A stretch of DNA of 64,000 bases from Candidatus Marinacidobacterales bacterium (GTDB lineage: Bacteria; Acidobacteriota; Vicinamibacteria; Marinacidobacterales; SMYC01), in the NCBI GenBank assembly GCA_965237955.1, contig OZ250169.1, forward strand, positions 5,024,001 through 5,088,000. Direction: 5' to 3'. Below the pieces are notes generated by a model that did no database searches, was not told where the DNA came from, and was given only the letters and a program-made list of their open reading frames with translations. How positions within the stretch are numbered: position 1 is the stretch's first letter; each line of letters begins with the position of its first letter. The position numbers were made by a program, and so were the translations under genes. This document shows, in pieces, positions 32,107-42,218 of this stretch.

Positions 32107-33231
32107 TCAGGGCGGTGGTGCGATGGCGATGCCCCACGGGGTTTCGCCGACCGCAATCTTCGCGACGACCTCGTGCGATTCCGTGTCGACGACGGAGACG
32201 TCGTCAGAGGGGCCGTTCGCCGTGTACAAACGTTTGCCGTCGCTGCTGACGCCAATACCCCACGGTCTGTCACCAACCTCGAAGGTTGCGATGACTTCGT
32301 TTGTACCGAGGTCGATGATGGACACGGTCTTGCTGCGGCCGTTAGCGACATAGAGCAGCTTGTCGTCGGGGGATAAGGCGAGCCCCATGCTTCTGGAGTT
32401 TTTGGGGAGCGCGACGGTCTCGATCACCTTGTGGTTGGGAACGTCGATGATAGAAACCGTGCCATCGATCTCGGAGCTCACATACGCGCGGGCGCTGTTC
32501 GACGTGAACACAGTATCCCTAGGGCGGTGGCCGACGGTAATCTGGGCGACTCGCTCGCCTTGCTCGGCATCGATAACGGTGATGTTGTGATCGGTCTCTC
32601 CGGTCACGTAGAAATATTGCCCGTCCGGGCTAGTGCGCACGCCTTCGGGCTCTTCGCCAACCTCGACGGTCGCGACGATCTCTCGGGAGTCGAGCTCGAC
32701 GATGGTGGCGAGGCCGGCGTCTTCGTTGGCAATGCACAATCGTTTGCCGTCACCACTGATGTCGAACTGCTCGGGGTCGGATCCGCCCGGGAGAACGTGG
32801 GTGACGACGCGCTCGACCGCGTCGACGACGGCAATCCCGTCGAGGCTTTTGTCGGTCGTCTGGGCTTCGCAGTCTTCATCGGACATCCATGGCGGGCACT
32901 TGGGGGAGCCGCTCACCGCGACGAAGATGGTTCGGCCGTCGGCGCTGACGCGGACGCCTCGCGGGCGCTTCCCTATCGGGATCGTCGCGACGACTTCGTT
33001 CGCGGCGCTGTCGATCACGCTGAGATCACCAGAGTCTTCGTTGGTCACGTAGACGAGCTCGCCGCTCGCACTCGTCTCGTCCGGGGGTTCCACCCCGGTA
33101 CAACATGTACAGCCAGACATCACGATGAGGGCGAGTAGAAGCTTTCGGACGTTTCCAGCGGGCACGAGACCTCCAGTGGATTTGTTGTCGACTCGTGCGG
33201 AATGGTAGGCTTCCGCGCTCGAAAACACCAA
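32107..33231 (-). CDS. YVTN beta-propeller repeat protein (start uncertain)
   Basis: YVTNEDSGDLSVID and repeated VG..P.G...SPDG..LYVAN. Confidence 0.88.
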   Translation of the reverse strand: MVFSSAEAYHSARVDNKSTGGLVPAGNVRKLLLALIVMSGCTCCTGVEPPDETSASGELVYVTNEDSGDLSVIDSAANEVVATIPIGKRPRGVRVSADGRTIFVAVSGSPKCPPWMSDEDCEAQTTDKSLDGIAVVDAVERVVTHVLPGGSDPEQFDISGDGKRLCIANEDAGLATIVELDSREIVATVEVGEEPEGVRTSPDGQYFYVTGETDHNITVIDAEQGERVAQITVGHRPRDTVFTSNSARAYVSSEIDGTVSIIDVPNHKVIETVALPKNSRSMGLALSPDDKLLYVANGRSKTVSIIDLGTNEVIATFEVGDRPWGIGVSSDGKRLYTANGPSDDVSVVDTESHEVVAKIAVGETPWGIAIAPPP

Positions 33232-33249
33232 TCGTCTCGAGGTTCAAAC

Positions 33250-33833
33250 ATGATTCGGATATTGACCGTCGCAATCTTGTCGACCGCCGGCCTTGTCTCG
33301 GCGCAGACGCTCGGCCAGACCGTGTTCGACGCTCAATGCGCACGCTGCCACGGCATCGGTGGTACTGGTGGGGAAGGGCCGAGTCTGCAAGGTGCTACCA
33401 ATTGGTTCAGCCCGTCCTACAGTCCGGGTACCGGGCTTCTTTATGTTGCGGTGCGGGAGATGGGATCGATTTACTTCAAGACCGAAGCCGAATACAGCCC
33501 GGCAAGAATTTCCTTGGAGGCGGGGAGCAAGCGCTTTCGGGTGACGATGCCGCCGGGGCTATCCGCGCGATCGACGTCACGACCGGCGAAACGAAATGGA
33601 ACTTTCGTTAGCATTCACCGCCGTGGGCGGGAGTGATGTCGACGGCGGGTGGTCTGGTGTTCGCCAGATCGGGGGAAGGGAATTTCTTTGCGCTCGACGC
33701 GGGCTCCGGTGGGTCGCTGTGGCAGTTTCAAGCGGGTGGGGCGGTGCGATCGAATCCTATCTCGTTCATGATCGATGGTGAGCAGCACATCGCGGTAGCT
33801 TCGGGGCAAGCGCTGTTTGTTTTTGGGCTGTAG
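33250..33833 (+). pseudogene. Deletion fusion of cytochrome c N-terminus and PQQ-dependent dehydrogenase C-terminus
   Basis: Signal peptide, CARCH, then GATNWFSPSYSP...STAGGLVF...PISFMIDGEQHIAVASG; two frameshifts. Confidence 0.75.
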
Positions 33834-33867
33834 CTTTAGCCGTTGTGCCTACTTTGGGCTGCAACAT

Positions 33868-33905
33868 CCCCCTCACCCAGGCCCTCTCCCCCGCGGGGGA
33901 GAGGG
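33868..33905. repeat. REP-like intergenic hairpin repeat
   Basis: CCCCCTCACCC...CCCTCTCCCCC-GC-GGGGGAGAGGG between convergent genes. Confidence 0.65.
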
Positions 33906-33936
33906 ATTAGCGGTACTGCCAACTTCGTTGGCACAT

Positions 33937-34626
33937 CTATTTCCACGTGACTTCCAGAGCGAAGAAGTGGTCGAAGACTTTTCGGCCGGGGTTGTTCCTG
34001 TCGTCGGTCTCGGGGCTTCGGATGTAGAAGTCCAGTTGCATCACGCCTGGGTTTACGGCACCTGCGGGTGTCTCCTTGTTGAGTAGCGGGTAGTTCACTT
34101 TCAGCGTCTCGCGGTCGCGCATGCCTTGCGTGACCATGAAGTGCATCTGGTAGTCCTCGTAAATCTTCTTGCCGTCGAGGGTCGCGGATCCGAAACCCCA
34201 GCCGGCGAGATAGATGAACGTCTTCGGCCAGTTGGTGTCGCCGCATCCCGAATCGCCGTGCTCGTAGATGTAGGCGGCGATGCCACCGTCCTGGCAGGGG
34301 CTGAACTGATGGAATCGATCGACCTCGAGGACGAGCTCGCCCTCGGGTAGCGTCATGTGGGCGACGAACGTTCCGGTATTGTCGCGCTCGTTGACGTCGA
34401 TCTCGGTGGTGCCCGACACCTCGCGCAGGTTCGAGGCGTCGTTGCCGATGTGGTTCCAACCGGGAGGGTCCTCGAGCGTTCCGACCTGGTAGATTCGGTT
34501 CGTGGAGATGACGAAGCGGCCGTCGTAGAGATCGTGATCCTCGGGGGCGTACAGCGTGATGTCGGCGCCGGGCTGCTGCCGCAGCGTCGCTTGAAGCATA
34601 AGAAGAAGGGCTAGGAGCGTTTTCAT
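33937..34626 (-). CDS. Secreted hypothetical protein
   Basis: 229-aa ORF with signal-like N-terminus; ATGA overlap with the upstream gene. Confidence 0.75.
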   Translation of the reverse strand: MKTLLALLLMLQATLRQQPGADITLYAPEDHDLYDGRFVISTNRIYQVGTLEDPPGWNHIGNDASNLREVSGTTEIDVNERDNTGTFVAHMTLPEGELVLEVDRFHQFSPCQDGGIAAYIYEHGDSGCGDTNWPKTFIYLAGWGFGSATLDGKKIYEDYQMHFMVTQGMRDRETLKVNYPLLNKETPAGAVNPGVMQLDFYIRSPETDDRNNPGRKVFDHFFALEVTWK

Positions 34627-35312
34627 GGCGTGTACTCTACCTCAATTGAAGTCGGCGTCGTCTCGTCGATGCGGACTTCGCGCTCGAGCGGGCCGAGTTT
34701 TTCGTGCCACAGCTCGAGCGTGTATTGGCCGGCGGGAAGGCCTTCGATACGGAATCGTCCATCGGAATCAGTGACGTCATGGAAAGGATGCGCGTCGACA
34801 CGAATGAACGCCTGCATCCAGCCGTGAACGTCGCACTTGACCACGTACATGCCGGGCTCGTCGAGCGAGCGTGAGCTCGAAGCACCCTCGATCGGAAGTG
34901 AGAAGTTGATTTCCGTGGGGCCGTACAGATGCGTCGTATGGAGCACTGCGTCGCTGTTCCGCGCTTCAATCGTGCTGCCGGCGGTAATCGCGGCCGCGTG
35001 CGGCTCGAATCGGCACTCGACGTTATCGAGCACGAGGGTCTCGGGTTCGGCCTCCACCGCGGGCACACCACGAACGGAGACGATGACATTCTCGATGCCT
35101 CGGCTTTCGGAGAACAGGATGTTTTCGAGCGTTTGTCCTTCTCCGCAGATCTCGGGGTCGGTGGTGTTCGCGATGCGGGTTGGCTCGAGCTCGACGCCTT
35201 CGGCAAGCCGGACCGTGCCTGCCACGTTGCCACCGGAGCGAGTTTCGGGTCGACTCGCTTCCTCACACGAGATTGCCGTCAACAAGAACAAGCATGGCGC
35301 CCAAAATCTCAC
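34623..35312 (-). CDS. Lipoprotein with cupredoxin-like and carboxypeptidase-regulatory-like domains
   Basis: Lipobox-like TAISC, CRFEPH, NSDAVLHTTH, CDVHGWM, GRFRIEGLPAGQYTLELWHE. Confidence 0.8.
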   Translation of the reverse strand: MRFWAPCLFLLTAISCEEASRPETRSGGNVAGTVRLAEGVELEPTRIANTTDPEICGEGQTLENILFSESRGIENVIVSVRGVPAVEAEPETLVLDNVECRFEPHAAAITAGSTIEARNSDAVLHTTHLYGPTEINFSLPIEGASSSRSLDEPGMYVVKCDVHGWMQAFIRVDAHPFHDVTDSDGRFRIEGLPAGQYTLELWHEKLGPLEREVRIDETTPTSIEVEYTP

Positions 35313-35372
35313 CGCAGGATTCTAACCCTTTTCGCGTTGACGCCCGGGTCTTGTTCGACTTACGTTCCCGGC

Positions 35373-37050
35373 ATGAGGGAAGCTACAAAACTTCTATTGG
35401 ATGGCAAGATCGGCCGGCGCGCGTTCATCTATCGGCTGGGACAAATCGGGATGGCGAGCTCGGCGGCGAGCTCACTCGCGAGCGGCCTCGAGGGGGCTCC
35501 GTCCGAACCTGTTGCAGGGCGCGTCGTTCGAGGCATGACCGGAGGGGAGCTCATGGCGGAGCTCCTCGTAGAGTGGAACGTGCCCTACGTGTTCGGCCTC
35601 GGCGGCTCCGAGGAAGTCGGCTTTCTCGACGCACTCGTGGACCGGCTCGCGCTCCAATACGTGCACGGCATCCACGAGGCCTAGGTGATGTCGATGGCGG
35701 ATGGCTATGCGCGCGCGACCGGGGACGTGCCGATCATGAACCTCCATTCGGTCGCCGGTGCAGCCTACGCGCTCGGGCCGATGGTGAACGCGTTCAAGGA
35801 TCGGATCCCGGTGGTCGTCACCGTGGGCCGGCAATCGACCGATATACGTGGGACGAACGCTTTTCTCGAATCCGTCAACTTGAATCAGCTGCCGCAGGAA
35901 TACACGCAGTGGACGGGGGACGTCATGAATGCGAAGACGATCCCCGAAGTCGTGCGGCGTGCGTTCGTGCTGGCGCAATCGCCTCCGGGTGGCCCGACGT
36001 TTCTCACGTTCTCGAAGGATCTGTGGGAAGTGCGTGTCGACGAAGCCGAGATCTTGCCGCGCGAGCGCTCTCGAATCGAAGTCGACGTCGCGCCCAACGA
36101 AGAGCAAGTGCGGCGTATCGCCGACATGTTGGTGGAAGCCGAGTTCTCCGTGATCGCCGTGGGAAAGGAAGGCGCTCGTTTCGATCCGAGCGAGCCGCTC
36201 ATGGAGCTAGCCGAGCTTCTTGAAGCGCCGGTGTTTCAGGACATCTACATGGCTCACGGGCCGATGGTGTTTCCGAGCACGCACCCGCACTACGCCGGCA
36301 TGTTTCGCCAGGACCCGAGCTATCCGACCGACATCGACCTCTACTGGGCGCTCGGTGGCACCATGTTCGGGTTCGGGAAGCTCCCGTCAGACGGAGACAG
36401 CTTGGGATCGAAGTCCCATTACCAACGAACGCTTGATGGTCGAGCTGAATCGACGCATTGCCCCCGACGCGATCGTCGTGAGCGAGCTCATCACGTCCGA
36501 GCCGTACGTTCCTTATTACTTGGACATCGATCATACCCGCACCGAGCGGAGACGGAATCTTGCGACCAGCGGCGGTGTTCTCGGTTGGGGCGTGCCCGCC
36601 GCAATAGGCGCGCATATCGGGCGACAAGATCGTGAATGCTGGGCGTTGGTCGGTGATGGTTGCTTCCAGTTCGGAGTACACGGACTGTGGACCGCCGCGC
36701 GCTACGAAGTGCCGGTCGGGATCGTTATCTGGAACAACGGCCAGTACCAGGCGAACCGACGTTTTCTACACGCGTATGGTGGCCGTGCCGCGGAGACTGG
36801 CAAGTACATCGGCTGCAATCTCGCTAGTCCGGAAATCGATAACGTCGCGCTCGCGAAGGGCTACGGCGTTGACGGAGATCTCGTTGAAGAGCCAGGTGAA
36901 GTCGGCCCCGCGATCGAACGTTGTCTAAGGGCGATGCGTGAAGGCCGGCCGTACGTCCTCGACGTCAAAGTGGAGCGACGTTTCGGCGGGTCCGAATCGA
37001 CGTGGTACGACTTTTTCTCGGTCGCGAAGCGACAGGCTCGGCAGAGCTGA
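35373..37050 (+). pseudogene. Thiamine-diphosphate-dependent enzyme (benzoylformate decarboxylase-like), disrupted
   Basis: YVFGLGGSEE, HEA*VMSMADGY (TAG 35682-35684), GDG...NN ThDP motif; deletion and frameshift near 36390. Confidence 0.82.
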
Positions 37051-37056
37051 CGGCGC

Positions 37057-37599
37057 TTACGGGAACGAGAACACGAGCTTGCTCATGTCGTGCGTGGCGC
37101 CGTCAGGGTCGACGCCGTATCCGGGGATCAGATACTCATCGAACCCCAGCGGCTTCAGCACGTCGATCGCGTCTTGCTCGAGATCCGAGATGAGCATGCA
37201 CGTGAGGTGACGTAGTCCCATGTCCCGAGCTTCGTCCATGAGTAAGTTCACGAGCATGGCACCGAGGCCGGCCGCTCTGAAGTCGGGGTCGAGGAGCCAC
37301 TTGATGCGGCCGGTGAGCCGAAGAGGTCCAAACTCGCGGCGGTGTAGGGACGCGTCGGCCACGACTCGAGATCCGTCGAAGGCGAGAAGCGGCAGCGTCT
37401 TGTCGTAGTCGATGTTGTCGGCCCAGCGTTCGATGAGCCCTCGGCTCTCGATGCGATCCCAAGCGAATCGGCGCCACTCGGCGGGAAGTCCGAGGAAGAA
37501 GGCATGCAGTGCGTCCACGTCATCGGAGCGAAACGGGCGGATCATCACACGACGCTCGTCCCGTAGTACCGTTTGGGTGGGGTAGCGATTACGCAGCAT
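37057..37599 (-). CDS. GNAT family N-acetyltransferase
   Basis: LRDERRVMIRPF, LDPDFRAAGLG, LKPLGF. Confidence 0.85.
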   Translation of the reverse strand: MLRNRYPTQTVLRDERRVMIRPFRSDDVDALHAFFLGLPAEWRRFAWDRIESRGLIERWADNIDYDKTLPLLAFDGSRVVADASLHRREFGPLRLTGRIKWLLDPDFRAAGLGAMLVNLLMDEARDMGLRHLTCMLISDLEQDAIDVLKPLGFDEYLIPGYGVDPDGATHDMSKLVFSFP

Positions 37600-37634
37600 A
37601 GCACGCACAACCATATCACGTGCGGGTTCAGGCA

Positions 37635-38078
37635 CTAGCGCTTCGTTCGCTTCCTGGTCGCAGGCTTTTTCTTTTTCTTGGTGACCGTCGTCTTTTTCGT
37701 GGTGGTCCTTTTCTTCGTGGATGAGCGCGTGCTCTTGACGCTCTTTTTGAGGCCTGCGATTTCCTTCTTCAGCGCATCGACGTCCTTCTTGCTTGCGACG
37801 CCGGCGCGTTTCATCGCCGCCTTCACCTGCCGGTCGAACGCCGCTTCCATACCCTGAAAAGCGTCGTTGGCCTGTTTCCGGGCGGCCTTTACGGAATCCT
37901 TCACCGCGTCCCCGGCCACGGGGATGAGCTCCTCGTACTTCTTGCCTTTCTTGACGAGCGTTTTGAAGAACCTGCCGCCTTGCTTTTCGGCCTGAGCGAG
38001 CGCCCCGAGGCCCGCGAGCCACACTTTATCGAACGAGTTTTTGAGATCCTCGAGCCGATCATCTTTCTTCTTAGCCAT
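37635..38078 (-). CDS. PhaF/PhaI-like polyhydroxyalkanoate granule-associated protein
   Basis: VWLAGLGALAQAEKQGGRFFKTLVKKG, GVASKKDVDAL, Lys/Thr-rich tail. Confidence 0.85.
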   Translation of the reverse strand: MAKKKDDRLEDLKNSFDKVWLAGLGALAQAEKQGGRFFKTLVKKGKKYEELIPVAGDAVKDSVKAARKQANDAFQGMEAAFDRQVKAAMKRAGVASKKDVDALKKEIAGLKKSVKSTRSSTKKRTTTKKTTVTKKKKKPATRKRTKR

Positions 38079-38151
38079 AACAACAGTTTATCGAGGATCG
38101 TTGGTAGTGACTAGCCAATGTTGCGCTCAGGTCAATTTTTTGGAGTCTTCC

Positions 38152-38652
38152 ATGGATTCTCGGGTCCAGGTCCGTCTTCTAGTTGAATGGTTCAAACACG
38201 GTTGCGCCGTGAGGGAGATCGCCCGCGCGTTTCATTTCGAGGCCCGGTCATGCCGCCGCCGCTTCCACCAGCTTCTCGTGACCTTGCAGCGACTCATCGT
38301 AGCCGCGCCCTCAACGTGTCATTGATGAATAGCGGAATAGCGGAATAGAGGAATTGAGGTCTCCGCAGTGGCGGGTCCCGACGATTGCTTGACCAACGAC
38401 GATCTGACGAGTCTTCTCGAAGGTCGCGAGCCCAGTGACGAACGCGATCGCTTCATGGCCCATCTCGATCGATGCCCCGACCGCCGGATGGTACTCGCCG
38501 AGTCCGCACAACACCTCGAGACCGACAGGGATTCGACGGAACATTCGGCGTTGGCGCCGTTGGCGCCGTTGGCGCCGTGGGTGCGCGTGGTTGTCGTCGT
38601 TGCGGTCCTCTTCTTTACGCTTCTTATACTTTGGGCCCTTCGTAACTCTTGA
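38152..38652 (+). pseudogene. Remnants of an ECF sigma factor (region 4) and zf-HC2 anti-sigma gene
   Basis: FKHGCAVREIARAFHFE (38152-38325) followed by CLTNDDL...HLDRCPDR plus a TM helix (38368-38652). Confidence 0.5.
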
Positions 38653-38700
38653 CATCCGGCAGCGTCCTTGAGATGTTGCGAGCACAAGCAAGGAGCTCTG

Positions 38701-39015
38701 ATGATGTATCTGCGAAAAGCGTCGGTCGTCGTGCTCGTCGCCGTTTTCATGGCTACTTCCGCTCGTGCCCAGGATTGGGCGGTCCACGCGGATGTGGCCG
38801 AGAGTTGCAATTGCGATATCACTTGCCCGTGCAATCTCGGCTCGAGGCACACTCATGACTACTGCGAGGGCTCGCGGCTCATTGAGATTCGGGAGGGTCA
38901 CATTTTCACGCAGTACAAATCCATCGAGACTAGCCACCGCGGCGACGACAAGGCGTTCAGCTACTCGGGAACGACTGGGTTCACTTCCAAGATGGAAGTT
39001 AGCGGAAAAAACTAG
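38701..39015 (+). pseudogene. DUF1326-like secreted protein with internal deletion
   Basis: ESCNCDITCPC...CEG..LIEIREGH then an abrupt jump to the C-terminus. Confidence 0.65.
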
Positions 39016-39168
39016 GAGGGCGCACTGAGCCCAATCCTGGCGTACTACTGGCTGACGCCTGTCTTCTGGGTCCTAGACGAATATCTCGGTGCCAACCTGC
39101 GCACCGCGGCGCTCGAGGGGCACCCGTGGTGGAAGGCCGCTTACTACGTCTTCTGCATCGGGATCGGT

Positions 39169-39399
39169 GTGTTTGCGACCGTGAGTCCGGACTGGACTGC
39201 TCGCCTGGGCCTCCTCGAGGCACGGATCAACATCGCGCTTCTCGTCGCGGGAATTCTCGTCCCGTACTACGGGTTCATCTACGGAGTGGCTGAAGGAAAC
39301 ATCCCGACCGAGCCACCGATCACGATGGATATGGTGATCAACTTCATTCTTGCGTCAGCGATTTGGGTGGTTGCGCTGAAGGCTCGGGAGAAGGGGTAG
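39169..39399 (+). pseudogene. Membrane protein C-terminal fragment
   Basis: Two hydrophobic helices, no clear start. Confidence 0.35.
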
Positions 39400-39414
39400 T
39401 ACGCGACGGCGTCG

Positions 39415-39484
39415 CCCCCCTCACCCGGCGAGAGTTGCCAGAGCTCGCCTCTGTGAAACCCTCTCCCCCTGAAAGGGGGAGAGG
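39415..39484. repeat. REP-like intergenic hairpin repeat, second copy
   Basis: CCCCCCTCACCC...CCTCTCCCCCT-GAA-AGGGGGAGAGG between convergent genes. Confidence 0.65.
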
Positions 39485-40783
39485 TCATATACCGAGCCAC
39501 CGGGGGAGCGCGAGCGCTATATCGGGAATGAAGGTGACGAGAAGGAGTGCCGCGAGCATGGCCAGATAGAGCGGGATCAAAGCGCGGCTAACTTCGGTGA
39601 TCGACGCGCCGGACACGGTACAGCCGAGGAACAAAACGCTACCGACCGGTGGTGTGGCGAGGCCCACGCACAGGTTCATGACCATGACGATGCCGAAATG
39701 CACCGGGTCTACGCCGAGGGCGGTCACGACCGGTAGCAGCATCGGCGTGAAGATCAGGACCGCGGGCGTGATATCGAGGACGGTCCCCATTACGAGCAGA
39801 ACTAAATTAATAATGAGAAGCGTGGCGACGGTGTTTCCCTCCAGGAGCGAAAACGCCGAGGCTATGAGCTCCGGAATCCGCTCGTAAGCCAACACCCACG
39901 AAAACGCCATCGACGCCCCGACGAGGAGCAGTACGATCGCGGTCGTGGTCGACGCTTCTACCAGGACCTTGGGTATCTCTCGTGGCGCCATCTCGCGGTA
40001 GACCACGACCGCGAGAATGAAGCTGTACAAGACCGCAACGGCGCCGGCTTCGGTCGCGGTGAAGTAGCCGGCGATGATGCCGCCCATGACCACGACGACG
40101 AGGAACAGACTGGGGAGCGCGGCGAAGAATCGTCGGGCGAGCTCGCGCGCGCCGACGCGTGCGTCCACGGGATAGCCACGCCTTTTGGCGATCGTGCCGG
40201 CGACGATCATGAGGAGCAGACCAATGAGAAGGCCGGGCACGTATCCAGCAACGAACAAAGCTGCGATCGAAACGCCACCGGCAGCGAGCGCGTAGACGAT
40301 GAGAATGTTGCTCGGCGGGATCACGAGGCTCGTCGTGGCCGACGCGACGTTCACCGCCGCACCGAAGCCTAGGTCATAGCCTTGCTCCTTCATGCGCGGG
40401 ACCATGAACCCACCCACGGCGCCCACGGCTGCGACCGCGGATCCCGAGATGGCGCCAAAGAGCATGCCGGCGACGATGTTCACGTAGGCGAGCCCGCCCG
40501 GTAGCATCCCTACGACGCCACGGGCGAGATCGATGAGCCGCCGCGCCATGCCGCCGCGATTCATCAACTGGCCGGAGAGAATGAAGAACGGGATCGCGAG
40601 GAGCGTGAACCGATCCAATCCAGCGGCCACGCGCTGAGCTACGGTGATGGACGCGGTCTCGAAGCTCATGGTCAGAAGCAGAGCGACGAACGCCGATAAA
40701 CCAATGCCGACCGCGATCGGCGTCCCCAGCGCGATGAGCGTGACGAAGGTGCCCAGCAGGACGAGGGTGTTAAGCGGATCCAT
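39485..40783 (-). CDS. dctM: TRAP transporter large permease
   Basis: LLAIPFFILSG, ISGSAVA, IPPS, TATEAG, HFGIV, TPPVG. Confidence 0.95.
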   Translation of the reverse strand: MDPLNTLVLLGTFVTLIALGTPIAVGIGLSAFVALLLTMSFETASITVAQRVAAGLDRFTLLAIPFFILSGQLMNRGGMARRLIDLARGVVGMLPGGLAYVNIVAGMLFGAISGSAVAAVGAVGGFMVPRMKEQGYDLGFGAAVNVASATTSLVIPPSNILIVYALAAGGVSIAALFVAGYVPGLLIGLLLMIVAGTIAKRRGYPVDARVGARELARRFFAALPSLFLVVVVMGGIIAGYFTATEAGAVAVLYSFILAVVVYREMAPREIPKVLVEASTTTAIVLLLVGASMAFSWVLAYERIPELIASAFSLLEGNTVATLLIINLVLLVMGTVLDITPAVLIFTPMLLPVVTALGVDPVHFGIVMVMNLCVGLATPPVGSVLFLGCTVSGASITEVSRALIPLYLAMLAALLLVTFIPDIALALPRWLGI

Positions 40784-41240
40784 GATTGCGGGCACGCGGG
40801 AGGGCGGCTTCGATCGTATAGAACAGAATGAGAGCGCCCGACAACGGGAGCGCGAGATAGACATAGCCGCGCTCGAGGTGGAGCGCGGGCGACGTTTGTC
40901 CCAAAGCGAGCGTCGCGTGCACGAGTCGGAGGCCACCGATGACGAGGATGAACATCGCGAATGCGGCTACGCACGCGGCGACGACGAGCTCGAGGATGCG
41001 GTTTCGGGGGAGAAGCTCGACGGCCAAGTGCGCTCGTTGTCCGAAACCGTAGCTCGCTCCGAGAAGACCGAGCCACATGAGACCGAATCGAGCGAGCTCT
41101 TCGGTGAGAGAGCTTGGATCACGCAAGAGATAGCGGGTCGCAACTTGCCACAGCACCGCGAGGACCATCGCGGCCATGAGCAGCGCGAGAGCGCGCTCGA
41201 GGGCACGATCGAGGTGCGGTTTCGAGTTTCTGAGTGTCAC
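40770..41240 (-). CDS. dctQ: TRAP transporter small permease
   Basis: QVATRY, TEELARF, HLAVE. Confidence 0.92.
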   Translation of the reverse strand: MTLRNSKPHLDRALERALALLMAAMVLAVLWQVATRYLLRDPSSLTEELARFGLMWLGLLGASYGFGQRAHLAVELLPRNRILELVVAACVAAFAMFILVIGGLRLVHATLALGQTSPALHLERGYVYLALPLSGALILFYTIEAALPRARNHGSA

Positions 41241-42214
41241 TCCCCGTTCCTAATGTCCCGAATGTCCCGTATGAGCTCGAGCATGTCCGGCTCGTCGCGG
41301 TATCGCTCGTAGATCCCTTCGACGGCAGCGACGAACGGAGCTTTGTCCGGTGAGACCACCTGGACACCGGAGGCGCGTACGGCGTCGAGTGCCGCCTCGG
41401 TTGCCGCGCGCCACAATCGCAACTGCAACTCTGCGGACGCGTCAGCTGCGTCGCTCAAGATCGTGCGTTGCTCCGGCGTCAGGTCCTGCCACAGCGCGGC
41501 GCTCACCAGAAGCACGTCCGGTGTCGCGGTGTGCTCGTCGAGCGAATAGTAGCGAGCCACTTCGTAATGCCCCGAGAGGTAAAAGCTCGGCGGGTTGTTC
41601 TCGGCGCCGTCGACGACGCCTTGCTGCAGCGACGTGTAGAGCTCGCCCCACGCAATCGGTGTCGCGGCGCCGCCGAGCGCCTGCACCATCTCGATCGCGA
41701 GAGTGCTTTCCTGGGTGCGGATTTTGAGACCCTGGAGATCCGCCGGACGCAGAATCGGCTTCTCCTTTGTATAGAAGCTACGGCTCCCGGCGTCGTAATA
41801 CGTCAGTCCCCGGAGTCCCTGAGCCTCGCCCGCCGAGAGGATTCGTTTGCCGATAGCGCCGTGAAAGACTTTCAGCCGGTGCGCTTCGTCTCGAAAAAGG
41901 TAAGGGAGGCTGAACACCGCGTACCGCGGCACGAAGTTCTCGAGGACGCTCGCCGAAACTTTGGTCATGCCCACGGCGCCGATTTGAAGAAGCTCGAGGC
42001 ACTCGCGCTCCGTGCCGAGCTGCTCCGCGGGGTGTACGTCGATGCGTATCTTGCCCTCGGAGGTTTTCCACGCGCGCTCAGCGAGAAACACCATGGCTTC
42101 GTGAACGGGGTGGCTAATAGGTAGGCCGTGGGCGAGCTTGACGACGCGCACCCGATCGGCGCTGCCGCATGAAAGCGCCGCGACGCTCAGGAGCAGGCAG
42201 ACATACTTCGCCAT
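41237..42214 (-). CDS. dctP: TRAP substrate-binding lipoprotein
   Basis: Lipobox ALSC, YDAGSRSFY, GLKIRTQ, GELYTSLQQGVVDGAENN. Confidence 0.95.
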   Translation of the reverse strand: MAKYVCLLLSVAALSCGSADRVRVVKLAHGLPISHPVHEAMVFLAERAWKTSEGKIRIDVHPAEQLGTERECLELLQIGAVGMTKVSASVLENFVPRYAVFSLPYLFRDEAHRLKVFHGAIGKRILSAGEAQGLRGLTYYDAGSRSFYTKEKPILRPADLQGLKIRTQESTLAIEMVQALGGAATPIAWGELYTSLQQGVVDGAENNPPSFYLSGHYEVARYYSLDEHTATPDVLLVSAALWQDLTPEQRTILSDAADASAELQLRLWRAATEAALDAVRASGVQVVSPDKAPFVAAVEGIYERYRDEPDMLELIRDIRDIRNGE

Positions 42215-42218
42215 CCGG

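Noticed and set aside
8687-35684. In-frame stops (TAG 8687, TGA 18936, TAA 24264, TAG 35682) as stop-codon recoding
   Set aside because: All three stop types occur, the same genes also have frameshifts, and intact genes end in TAG/TGA normally; pseudogenisation or error is simpler.
37600-38022. 321-aa ORF as an extended GNAT
   Set aside because: The upstream part overlaps the phasin gene in another frame; the GNAT starts at about 37599.
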